The notes beneath the pieces were generated by a model. The model had not been told where the DNA came from, searched no databases, and saw only the letters and a program-made list of their open reading frames with translations. From an uncultured beta proteobacterium (GTDB taxonomy: Bacteria > Pseudomonadota > Gammaproteobacteria > Burkholderiales > Rhodocyclaceae), in assembly GCA_963702495.1 (NCBI GenBank), contig CAVPDA010000006.1, forward strand, positions 36,832-100,831: a stretch of 64,000 nt of DNA, in the 5' to 3' direction. Every line of letters starts with the position of its first letter. Within the stretch, counting starts at the first letter, position 1. The translations under genes and the position numbers were made by a program. Of this stretch, positions 1 to 8,455 are shown piece after piece.

Positions 1-589
1 ATCGAAGCGCGTAGGCCCCGAGCGGATTGTCGGGTCCCGCTGGCACCACCCGCGGCAGTTCCTCGCCGTCGAACGCGTGCTCGGCGCGGATCGAGGAGGG
101 TGGTGTCCAGGAAGGATTCTTCTGCTTTGCGCTGATCCGTGTGAGGCCGAGCGGCGTCTTCCAGTCCATGCGGCCAACGGAGATCGGAAAGGTGATGACT
201 TCGCGCCGGTCGCCCTTTCTTGTCGGCTCCGGGAAGTAGTAGAGTCTGTATTCCGGCAGATTGATGACGATCCCCCTGCGCGTAGCCTCCGGCAGTAGCC
301 TTTGACCCGGAATGATAACGTCGCCGCCAACCGTCGGCAGCCAGCGGTCCACGCCGGGATTAGCGTTGAGGATCTCCTCCTGTCCAATACCTTGTTCGCG
401 GGCGATGTCGAGCAGGGTCTGTTCGTCGCGCACCGTCACAGAACGGATTTCGCCGACGAGGTCCGATTCCGGTTTCGCGAGCACGTGCCGTTCCACCGGC
501 GCGGGTTGGCCATGGACGGCCGGCATGGCACACGCGAACAGCATGACGCCAAACAGGACGGCTGCGAGACGGAATTGGTGAGGGTTCAT
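1..589 (-). CDS. L,D-transpeptidase (LysM + YkuD domain; ErfK/YbiS/YcfS family). The 3' end runs off the window.
   Basis: Absent from the ORF track because the window edge cuts it. Reverse-complement translation from the ATG at 587-589 gives MNPHQFRLAAVLFGVMLFACAMPAVHG (signal peptide), then TLLDIAREQGIGQEEILNANPGV (LysM), then INLPEYRLYYF, FPISVGRMDWKTPLG, KNPSWTPP and GPDNPLGAYAL (YkuD-fold hallmarks). Confidence 0.85.
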   Translation of the reverse strand, partial: MNPHQFRLAAVLFGVMLFACAMPAVHGQPAPVERHVLAKPESDLVGEIRSVTVRDEQTLLDIAREQGIGQEEILNANPGVDRWLPTVGGDVIIPGQRLLPEATRRGIVINLPEYRLYYFPEPTRKGDRREVITFPISVGRMDWKTPLGLTRISAKQKNPSWTPPSSIRAEHAFDGEELPRVVPAGPDNPLGAYALR

Positions 590-913
590 GAGCTTATTCG
601 TGACCGCGGAATAGTAACGGCATTCTTGGAACCATGCGCTTGCCGCACCGGCGGATAGGGATTTGCCGAGGAGAGACCAAAATGGATGATGGCAGCTGCA
701 CGTTCGTAACCAGCCGTTGAACTAGGACCTACGGATGATGCCCTGCACCGCCGTGCAATGCGGTACGCCAATGACGGGTTCCATCCACGTGGATTTGGTA
801 CTGCCGACCCTCCCCCCGCTCGCAGATTGAACCAGATCGCCTGAGAGTACACATGTCTTGGCCCCGACTCGATCATGGAAAGCGATGCCCAAACGGACGC
901 CGCCCGGTCGCGC

Positions 914-1711
914 CTAATTCATGCTGTGCGTCAGCAGCCGGTCGTATTCCGCCTTGACCACCGCGTAGCACTCGCAGCTTCGGCTCTCCAAACCTGGGCG
1001 GTCCAGCACCGTGATGTGGCCGCGCCGGTAGCTGATCAGTCCCGCCCGCTGCAAGGAGAGCGCGGCTTCGGTCACCCCTTCGCGGCGCACGCCGAGCAAC
1101 TGGGCCATCAGTTCCTGGGTCACGACCAGTTCGTTGCCGGGCAGCCGGTCCAGGCTGAGCAGCAGCCAGCGGCACAGTTGCTGGGCCACCGTATGGTGCC
1201 GGTTGCACACCGCAGTTTGTGCCGTCTGCGCGATCATCGCCTGGGTGTAGCGCAACAACACCTTCATCACCGAAGGGCAGCGCTCGAACTCCTCGCGGAT
1301 CGCGGGCCCGGGCATGCGATACCCTTCGCCCGCGCTGTGCACTACCGCCCGGCTGGGGGTCGAGCCGCCTCCCATGAACAATGGGACGCCGACGATGCCC
1401 TCGTTGCCGACCACGGCGATCTGGGCCGAGGCGCCGCTCTCGGTCACGTACAGCAGCGAGACGATGGCCGAAGTCGGGAAATAGGCATGCGTCGGCACGG
1501 CGCCGGGCTCATACAGCGAGTGCCCCAGCGGCATCGCGATCGGTTCGAGCAGCGGCCGCCAGCGCTGCCAATCCGCTTCCGGCAGCGACGCCAGCAGCCG
1601 GTTTTGCCGCGCGTCCGGCGCGAGCCGCTGCGGCGCGGCCTCGGGCTGATCGGGCTGGGCGCTCGACGCCGCGGCCGACCCCGATCGCGTCGAATTGGAG
1701 CTGAGCGGCAT
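914..1711 (-). CDS. Crp/Fnr-family transcriptional regulator (cNMP-binding-like domain + C-terminal HTH)
   Basis: 265-aa ORF with an ATG start. Beta-barrel effector domain (GHSLYEPGAVPTHAYFPTSAIVSLLY...GNEGIVGV) followed by an HTH ([41 protein letters not shown]). It lies 5 nt downstream of the GGDEF/kinase gene on the same strand. Confidence 0.85.
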   Translation of the reverse strand: MPLSSNSTRSGSAAASSAQPDQPEAAPQRLAPDARQNRLLASLPEADWQRWRPLLEPIAMPLGHSLYEPGAVPTHAYFPTSAIVSLLYVTESGASAQIAVVGNEGIVGVPLFMGGGSTPSRAVVHSAGEGYRMPGPAIREEFERCPSVMKVLLRYTQAMIAQTAQTAVCNRHHTVAQQLCRWLLLSLDRLPGNELVVTQELMAQLLGVRREGVTEAALSLQRAGLISYRRGHITVLDRPGLESRSCECYAVVKAEYDRLLTHSMN

Positions 1712-1716
1712 GTAAC

Positions 1717-3384
1717 CTACGGACCCGGAGCCGCGTCGCCGGTAGCGGCTGGCGCGGCCGGCGCGCTCGCGGCCAGGGGCAGCGTGACCACGAACTGGCT
1801 GCCGCGAGCGGCGCCCGCGCTGTGCGCGACGAGCGTGCCGCCGTGCGCCCGAACCAGGGCGCGCACCACCGTGAGCCCGATGCCCAGCCCGACGCCGTGG
1901 AAGCCGAGCGCGCGGGTGTCCTGCACGAACGGCTCGAAGACGTAGGGCAGCATCTGCGCCGTGATGCCGATGCCGTCATCGGACACCGTCAGCGTCAGGG
2001 TGTCGGCGGTGACGGCGACGTCGAGGCGGATGCCCCCGCCGTCGGGCGTGTATTTGGAGGCGTTGTCGAGCAGGTTGCTGACGACCTGCTCCAGGCGCGC
2101 CGCATCCCCCTGCACCGGGAGAGCGCCGGCGGGCCGCTGCGACTCGAAGCGCTGTGCGCGCTGTTCCAGCATCGGTCGGTGGGCGGCGACGGCAGCGTCG
2201 ATGACCTGGGCCAGATCGACCAATCGGCGCTCGAGTTCGAATCCGCCGGCCTCCACATTCGAGGCATCGATCAGGTCGCCGACCAGGCGCGACATCTGCG
2301 TCATCTGCTGTCCGACCATGCCCTGCACCCGCGGCAGGAGCGCCTCCTCGGTCGGCGCGCGCCCGAGCATCGCGCTCGCAATGCGGATCGGCGCCAGGGG
2401 ATTGCGCAGCTCGTCCGCCACCGCGGCCACGAAGGCGGCCTGCCGCTGCCGTGCCTGTTCGGCAGCCGCCTGCAGCTCCTGCGCGGTGAGCGCGGCCAGC
2501 ACCAGCTTCTCGTTGGCCTCGCGCAGCTGCGCATGCCAGCGATCGGAGTCGATCGCCTCGTCGGCGCCCTTGCCCGCGGCCTGGCGCGCCGGCGCACCCG
2601 GGTGCGCCTGCGGCGCCGCTTCGTCGATCGGGCCGATGCCGTGGAACGCGATGCCGCCGGCGCGCTGACGCTTGGACTCGTACATGGCGGCATCGGCCCG
2701 CGCGACCAGGGTGTCGAAGTCTTCGCCATCGTCCGGGTAGAGGGTGATGCCCACGCTCGCCGTCACGCGCACCGCCTGAGCGTCCAGGACCGCCGGCGCG
2801 CCGATCGCCGCGATCAGCTTCTCGGCGACCGTGCGCGCATCGCGCGGCTGGTTCAGTTCGGCCAGCAGGATGAGGAACTCGTCACCGCCGTGGCGACTGA
2901 CGGTGTCCACCTCGCGCACCGCCGCGAGCATGCGCTTGGCGGCAAGGCAAAGCACCTTGTCGCCGAAGGCATGACCGAGCGTGTCGTTGAGCTCCTTGAA
3001 GTTGTCGAGGTCCACGAACAGCAGGGCGAAGCGCGAGCCGCGGCGCTTGGCGTTGGCGATCGCCTGCACGAAGCGCTCGCGCAGCGCGGTGCGGTTGGGC
3101 AGCCCCGTCAGGGCATCCAGCACGGTGGCTTGCGCCGCATTCTGCAGCGCTTTCGCGGCCGTCTCGGCATCGGCCTGGCTCGCCAGCGCCGCCAGCACCA
3201 GCTGCTCGTTGGCCTCGACCAGCCGGGCCGCCTGGTTCTGGTCCAGGCGCATCTCCGCACTGACCACGTCCTGCAGCAGGCGCGTGAGCAGCGCCTGCAT
3301 CGCCTCGGCCTGCGCGGTCAATCGCGCCAGCTTGACTGCGGCGTCTGCGACCGATGGGTCGGCCGGCTCAGGGGTCTGCGTCAC
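1717..3384 (-). CDS. Fusion protein: coiled-coil, GGDEF diguanylate cyclase, coiled-coil, HisKA-like, HATPase_c. The H-box histidine is replaced by Asp.
   Basis: 555 aa with a GTG start. GGDEF module is intact (I-site REVD followed by RHGGDEFLILL). Kinase module has DHp AVADELRNPLAPI (Asp codon GAC on the minus strand, plus-strand gtc at 2413-2415), an N-box (VVSNLLDNASKYTP) and G-boxes (DDGIGI, GVGLGIGL). Confidence 0.9.
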   Translation of the reverse strand: MTQTPEPADPSVADAAVKLARLTAQAEAMQALLTRLLQDVVSAEMRLDQNQAARLVEANEQLVLAALASQADAETAAKALQNAAQATVLDALTGLPNRTALRERFVQAIANAKRRGSRFALLFVDLDNFKELNDTLGHAFGDKVLCLAAKRMLAAVREVDTVSRHGGDEFLILLAELNQPRDARTVAEKLIAAIGAPAVLDAQAVRVTASVGITLYPDDGEDFDTLVARADAAMYESKRQRAGGIAFHGIGPIDEAAPQAHPGAPARQAAGKGADEAIDSDRWHAQLREANEKLVLAALTAQELQAAAEQARQRQAAFVAAVADELRNPLAPIRIASAMLGRAPTEEALLPRVQGMVGQQMTQMSRLVGDLIDASNVEAGGFELERRLVDLAQVIDAAVAAHRPMLEQRAQRFESQRPAGALPVQGDAARLEQVVSNLLDNASKYTPDGGGIRLDVAVTADTLTLTVSDDGIGITAQMLPYVFEPFVQDTRALGFHGVGLGIGLTVVRALVRAHGGTLVAHSAGAARGSQFVVTLPLAASAPAAPAATGDAAPGP

Positions 3385-3393
3385 AGGGTCCGT

Positions 3394-4164
3394 TCAGGCG
3401 TCATCGGTCGGAGCCGACGAGGCGGCAGGGCGCTTGCGGGTGGGTCGCCCGCCGAGCAGGCCTTCCTGCTCGGGCAGCATCTCGCCCATGTGGATGCCCT
3501 GGTCGCCGATGCTGTACAGGCGCAGCTCGTTGGAATGGGCACTGGCGCGCACCTTGACCACGGCCATGACGCGCAGCAGGCGGCTGTCGACCTCGATGTA
3601 GCGCTGCACGATGATCGCGTCCGTCAGGAACGCCGCGCCATAGGGGCTGAAGCGCAGGTCGGTATAGCGGTCTTCCAGTTCGGAGGTCATCAGCACCGAC
3701 ACGCCGGCACGCGCCAAGGCGGTGACCAGCCCGAGCAGCGACTCGCGAAAGTCGGTGCGGAAGGTCGGCGCCAGGGCGAGTTCGAAGCCGCTCAGGGAAT
3801 CGAGCACGACGCGGCTCGCCTTGAGCCGGCGCACCTCGGTCAGGATCAGCAGCACGATCTCGTCGATCGACAGGTCCGGCTCGCGGCTGTCGATCAGGCC
3901 CACCTGGCCGCGCGCGATCAGATCGACGAGCACGGGATTGCGCGAGCGGTTGGGGTGCTGCTCGAAGGCGGCCGCGGTCAGGCGCAGGCTGCGCTCGTAG
4001 AGCGCCGCCACACCCCCATGGCCGATGATCGGATGCAGGGCCTGGTCGATCTCCCGCCAGAGGGCCACGACCGCATCGGCGACCTGCCCGGCGTGCGCGC
4101 CGTCCGGGACCCGGCCTCCCAGCGGTGCCGGCCAGCGACGACCGTCTTGGCTTTTCAGTGGCAT
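3394..4164 (-). CDS. KaiC/RecA-superfamily single-domain protein without a recognisable Walker A
   Basis: 256 aa with an ATG start. KaiC-like core: ASRVVLDSLSGFE (Walker B strand), LLGLVTALARAGVSVLMTSE, FLTDAIIVQRYIEVDSRLLRVMAVVKVRASAHSNELRLYSIGDQGI. The position where GxxGxGKT is expected reads PDGAHAGQVADAV. Its stop is 9 nt before the start of the downstream GGDEF/kinase gene. Confidence 0.7.
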   Translation of the reverse strand: MPLKSQDGRRWPAPLGGRVPDGAHAGQVADAVVALWREIDQALHPIIGHGGVAALYERSLRLTAAAFEQHPNRSRNPVLVDLIARGQVGLIDSREPDLSIDEIVLLILTEVRRLKASRVVLDSLSGFELALAPTFRTDFRESLLGLVTALARAGVSVLMTSELEDRYTDLRFSPYGAAFLTDAIIVQRYIEVDSRLLRVMAVVKVRASAHSNELRLYSIGDQGIHMGEMLPEQEGLLGGRPTRKRPAASSAPTDDA

Positions 4165-4626
4165 GGAACGCTGGCCGCTTGGTTCGGGATCATTGAGGGT
4201 GTGCAGGCGCGAATGCTGCTGCGTCGATCAGGAGGCCGCGATGGCTTGGCGGCTGCGACCGACTGCGCGCGCCGACGGGGCGCGGATTGCGGGGGCGCAG
4301 GAATCCACCCCCCGCATGCGCCGCGCTCATGATGCCAAGATGCGGCCCGGCATGCAACTCATTGGGTGGCGAGAGCCGCAGAACCACGGTGCGAAGGACA
4401 CAGCCGAGCGGGCGAGTTTGGGGCAGCCGATATGCTGCGTCAACAGCGTATTGCCGTGCTGCCATGATCGAGAAATCGGTTCCCGGAGCCAACGATTGCA
4501 GGGATACGCACGGATCGATCGGGGATCGAGAGGTCCGACGGTTTCAGCCGAGGACGATGTGACGGGAGCCGGAAGCAATTCGAAGAGAACCGGTGCGGTC
4601 GCGCCGATGCCTGCGCGCTCGGTCCG

Positions 4627-6156
4627 TCACAGACGGTAGGCGAGCTTTAGACGTGCCTGCACCTGGCGCGCCTTCCGGAACGATTCCTTCAGCACCTGGC
4701 GATCCATGTCATTGAGCTTGTCCGGATCGATGCGGTTGGCGGCCTCCGGCGGCGTAACCGGATTCATCTGCTGGCGCAGGCGCAGCATCTGGATGAAGTA
4801 GAACGCCTCGGTGACGGCGATCAGGCCGTCGCCGGCGAGATGGATGTGCGGGGCCGCGCCGCGCAGGCGCTCGGCGGTGTTGGTGTGGGCGACACCGTGG
4901 GCCAGGCTGAACACCCGCGCCGCATCCACGAACGGGCGCGAGCCGTACATCTTGAGATTGATGGTGTGGGGAAATGCCTTGTCATCGAACACGAAATCCC
5001 GGATCACGCCCAGCGGCGGCTGGCAGGTGAGCGCGTTCTCCGCCATGTAGCGCAGGAAAAGGGTGTTCTCCGGTACCACGCCGAAGAGCCATTCGCGCAA
5101 CTGCTGCGCCAGCGATGCCTCGCCATAGATGGCGCGGAAGTCGAAGAAGATGGTGGCATTGAGCAAGGCCTGGGGCAGCGGCCTCGTGATCCAGTCGCCG
5201 AAACGCTCCTTCCACTCGGCCAGGCTGAGGCACCACTGCGGATTGCCCGCCATGATGTTTCCCCGGCACAGGGGGAAGCCGCAGGCGTCGAGTCCCAGAT
5301 TGATGGCCCGGGCGAAGGGCAACAGCCCGCGCCGGATCTCCTCCGTCGAACCTCCTTCGGGAGGCACGAAGATGATGCCGTTGTCTTGGTCAGTGCTGAA
5401 CGTCTGCTCGAAGCGGCCCTCGGACCCCAGCGCGATCCAGCACATCGGCACCTCGGGTATGGTATGGCGATCGAGTTCCAGCTCGATGACGCGGATGGTG
5501 AGCAGATCGTTGAGGGTGGAGACGAGCTGAATCAGAGTCTCGGCGCGGGTTCCCTGCCGCAGCATGCGCCCGGCCAGCAGCCGGATCTGGCGCGCCGCCT
5601 GGGCCAGCGTCTCGGTGTCGCGTGCCACCCGGATATCGCCGCTCAGCTCCCCCAGGCCGGTGCGCGGCAGGCTGAACAGGTCGTGCTGCGACACCACGCC
5701 GAGCAGCCTCCCTTCCGCTACCACCAGCAGGTGCCCCAAACCGCTGCGCGCCATGGTGAGCGCCGCGTCATGGGCGGCAACCTCCGGCCCCAGCACGACG
5801 AATCGCTGCGTCATCACCCGCTCCACGGCCTGGTCGAGGTCATAGTCGGGCAGCGCCGCCTGCTGCACGAAGTCGGCAAGCGTGAAGATGCCCAGCGGCG
5901 CGCCGCTGCGCGGGTCGGCCACGACGATGGCGCCGACGCGCTGGCGGTTGATGTGCGCCAGCACCTGGCGCACCGGGAGTCCGGGGGGGCAGGTGACGGG
6001 GGTGCGCGCCAGAAACGCCGACAGCGGGCTGTAGATCGAACGGTGCTCTTCATCCGATACCGCGGCACCCGGCCCTTGCGCCGCTTCGTCGAGCGGCGGA
6101 TCTTCAGCGTGCAGATTCAAGTCCGTCTTCGCCCTATCAGTATTCGACCCGGGCAT
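4627..6156 (-). CDS. Tandem-CBS + DUF294 putative nucleotidyltransferase (+ DUF294_C)
   Basis: 509 aa. Two CBS repeats (VGAIVVAD...GIFTLADF; GHLLVVAEGRLLGVVSQHDLF). Pol-beta-type NTase motif LGSEGRFEQTFSTDQDNGIIF. C-terminal helical DUF294_C-like region. It overlaps the upstream exonuclease gene by 20 nt. Confidence 0.85.
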   Translation of the reverse strand: MPGSNTDRAKTDLNLHAEDPPLDEAAQGPGAAVSDEEHRSIYSPLSAFLARTPVTCPPGLPVRQVLAHINRQRVGAIVVADPRSGAPLGIFTLADFVQQAALPDYDLDQAVERVMTQRFVVLGPEVAAHDAALTMARSGLGHLLVVAEGRLLGVVSQHDLFSLPRTGLGELSGDIRVARDTETLAQAARQIRLLAGRMLRQGTRAETLIQLVSTLNDLLTIRVIELELDRHTIPEVPMCWIALGSEGRFEQTFSTDQDNGIIFVPPEGGSTEEIRRGLLPFARAINLGLDACGFPLCRGNIMAGNPQWCLSLAEWKERFGDWITRPLPQALLNATIFFDFRAIYGEASLAQQLREWLFGVVPENTLFLRYMAENALTCQPPLGVIRDFVFDDKAFPHTINLKMYGSRPFVDAARVFSLAHGVAHTNTAERLRGAAPHIHLAGDGLIAVTEAFYFIQMLRLRQQMNPVTPPEAANRIDPDKLNDMDRQVLKESFRKARQVQARLKLAYRL

Positions 6157-8365
6157 AGAGCGTGCGCTCCGCTGCCCGGCGCGCCTCGCCCAGAGTACGG
6201 ATGCCCTGCGCCGCCAACAGCGGAATCATGCGCAAAAACGCTTCGCCAGTCACCGTGGCATCGCCCAGGGCGGTGTGGCGTGCCACCACCATGATGCCCA
6301 GCCGCTCCGCGATCGCCTCCAGCGTGTGCGAGCCCTGATGCGGATGCAGCACCTGAGACAGCAGCAGCGTATCGAGCACCGGCTGGGTGAAGCGGACGCC
6401 GGTGCAGGCCTCCTTCATCTGCAGGAAACGCATGTCGAACGCGGCGTTGTGGCCGACGAGCACCGTATCCTCGCAGAATTCGTGGAACCGCGGCAGCACC
6501 TTGTCGATGGTGGGCTGGCCCTTGAGCAGTTCGTGGGTGAGGCCGTGGATATTGGTGGATACCCACGAGGTGGGGCGCTGCGGATCGACCAATTGCTGAT
6601 AGCTCTCGTTGCGCAGCAGGCGGCTGTTCACAATGCGCAGCGCGCCGATGGAAACGATCTCGTCGCCGGCCGAAGGCTCCAGGCCGGTGGTCTCGGTGTC
6701 GAACACGGTATAGGTGAGTTCGGTGAGCAGGCGTTCGTCGAGTTCGGTGGTCTGGCCCGGCTGCTGAAACAGGTCGAAATCGTAGAACTCCGGGCGGTTG
6801 TCGCCGTAGCGGATCGGCGCGGCGGCGACCGGCTGCAGCGGGGTGGCGAGCGGCAGCAGGAGCCGGAAGCAGGCTCGGTGGCGCGCCTTTTCCGTGACGA
6901 AGACGACTTCCGCCCCGTGGCGCTCGGCGACGTCGCGCAGGGTGAGCGGGCTGTCCTCGCCGCCGGCGTGCATCGGGTCCATCTCCCAAGAGTACAGCGT
7001 CTGGGAGGAGAGCGCCGCGCCGGACCAGATCAGGTCCAGCCGCGCCAGTCTGCCTTCCCGGGACAGGCTGAAGCGCACTTCGCGCACGTCGTGTTCATCC
7101 TGCATGCGGCTGGCGAAGTAGGTCAGCGCCTGGATCAGGGTGTAGCTGTCGGCCTTGATCCAGATCGAGTTGTCGAGATTCTCCACCTTGGTCGGCAGGC
7201 CCAGTCGGCTCTCGATGCGACGCCGCGCCGCAGCCACCACGTCCACCCCGAGCATCTCTTCGAGAGGCCAGCGCGTCTTGAGCGAATCGGCATAGTCGGC
7301 CATGGTGCGGTCCAGCGCGCTGCTCAGACTGCTTGTCTCTTCGCTGATGATGCGCACGAACCGGTCACGCTGCTGCGGCTCGCAGTCCGGGTAGTCGAGC
7401 AGGGTCTCCACGGCGGCACGGATGTTTCCCAGCGCGGCGCGGCTGCCTTCGGTGAGCGACTGCAGCAGCACGTCGCGCCTGCTGTCGCGCTCGAAGCTGC
7501 GGGTGATGTTCTCCATGGTCAGGACGAAGCCGCTGATCGTCGCGTAGTCGGCGCGCCGCAGCGGCGCCGGCTTGTCGCCCGGATCGCGAGCATGCGCATC
7601 GGGGTCGCGAGCCGGCGGCAAACTGGTCGTCAGCACCGGCGCCAACTGCAGCCGGATCAGCTGGCCGGCGCGGGTGGTGGTGACGACCTGCGCGTTCAGA
7701 TCGGCGTCGTTCTGCTCCAGGCGGGTGCGCACATGGTCCAGGGCGTGCGTCAGCAGGCTGCGATCGATGACGGCAAAGATCGATCGTCCGAGACCGATCA
7801 GCGGCGCCGTCGTTTCCCCCGGCCCGTTCGCGGCGGCCCCCAGCGTCTGCCGCGCGCGCTCGTTGTAGAGCAGGATGCGGCCATCGCTGTTGCATACCAG
7901 CACCCCCTGGGACAACTCGGACATCAGGGCCGCCAGCCGGTTTTTCTCCTCTTCCACCGACGCCCGGGCGCGGACCGCCTTCGCCTCCAGATCGCGCGCC
8001 AGCGTTTCGTGCTGCTGCGCAAAGCGGTTGACCGCTTCCGCGAGCAGCCGCATCTCCGCCGGTCCCGCAGCCTCGATGCGATGGCTGCGGTTGACGTTCA
8101 GCATGATGCGCAGCGCCTCCACCAGCCGCAGCGGCCCGCGCACATAGGCGTGATAGGCGCCGGCAAAGAGAATTCCGAACAGGCCGAGGCCGAGCACGCC
8201 CAGTCCCGCCAGCAGTTCCAGGCGCGGCGCGATCATCGCGGCGAGGCTGTGCCGGTTGTCGGGCCCCACGTCGTAATAGAAGGCATAGCCCGCCACCAGG
8301 ACGAAACCCGTCAGCAGAGCGAGAAAGGCGCTCAGCGCGAGGATGAATTTATACTTGTCCGCCAC
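6137..8365 (-). CDS. Membrane sensor: 2 TM, HAMP, PAS, degenerate histidine-kinase-like module, then a DnaQ/DEDDh 3'-5' exonuclease
   Basis: C-terminal exonuclease motifs: TVFDTETTGLEP (ExoI), LVGHNAAFDMRFL (ExoII), HTALGDATVTGEAFL (ExoIII, DEDDh). N-terminal TM helices, HAMP (AEAVNRFAQQHETL) and PAS (LSQGVLVCNSDGRILLYNERA). The kinase-like segment has no phospho-acceptor His (LTEGSRAALGNIRAAVETLLD). The ORF stays open to 8575, but that extension overlaps the intergenic repeat, so the GTG at 8363-8365 (VADKYKFILALSAF, start of TM1) is my preferred start. The start remains uncertain. Confidence 0.85.
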   Translation of the reverse strand: MADKYKFILALSAFLALLTGFVLVAGYAFYYDVGPDNRHSLAAMIAPRLELLAGLGVLGLGLFGILFAGAYHAYVRGPLRLVEALRIMLNVNRSHRIEAAGPAEMRLLAEAVNRFAQQHETLARDLEAKAVRARASVEEEKNRLAALMSELSQGVLVCNSDGRILLYNERARQTLGAAANGPGETTAPLIGLGRSIFAVIDRSLLTHALDHVRTRLEQNDADLNAQVVTTTRAGQLIRLQLAPVLTTSLPPARDPDAHARDPGDKPAPLRRADYATISGFVLTMENITRSFERDSRRDVLLQSLTEGSRAALGNIRAAVETLLDYPDCEPQQRDRFVRIISEETSSLSSALDRTMADYADSLKTRWPLEEMLGVDVVAAARRRIESRLGLPTKVENLDNSIWIKADSYTLIQALTYFASRMQDEHDVREVRFSLSREGRLARLDLIWSGAALSSQTLYSWEMDPMHAGGEDSPLTLRDVAERHGAEVVFVTEKARHRACFRLLLPLATPLQPVAAAPIRYGDNRPEFYDFDLFQQPGQTTELDERLLTELTYTVFDTETTGLEPSAGDEIVSIGALRIVNSRLLRNESYQQLVDPQRPTSWVSTNIHGLTHELLKGQPTIDKVLPRFHEFCEDTVLVGHNAAFDMRFLQMKEACTGVRFTQPVLDTLLLSQVLHPHQGSHTLEAIAERLGIMVVARHTALGDATVTGEAFLRMIPLLAAQGIRTLGEARRAAERTLYARVEY

Positions 8366-8455
8366 GTCGTCGATCGGCAGCCTGCGCCGCTGTCTTGCCG
8401 GGAACCGGGAAGTTACCGGACTGCGGGCCGGTATACAAGAACCTGCGTCGCCCGA

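Noticed and set aside
626-643. Sigma-54-like ttggaaccatgcgcttgc
   Set aside because: The GG-to-GC spacing is 2 nt longer than the TGGCAC-N5-TTGC consensus, and no plus-strand gene lies downstream.
1822-4332. 836-aa plus-strand ORF
   Set aside because: It lies antisense to the GGDEF/kinase and KaiC-like genes and has no motifs. Shadow ORF.
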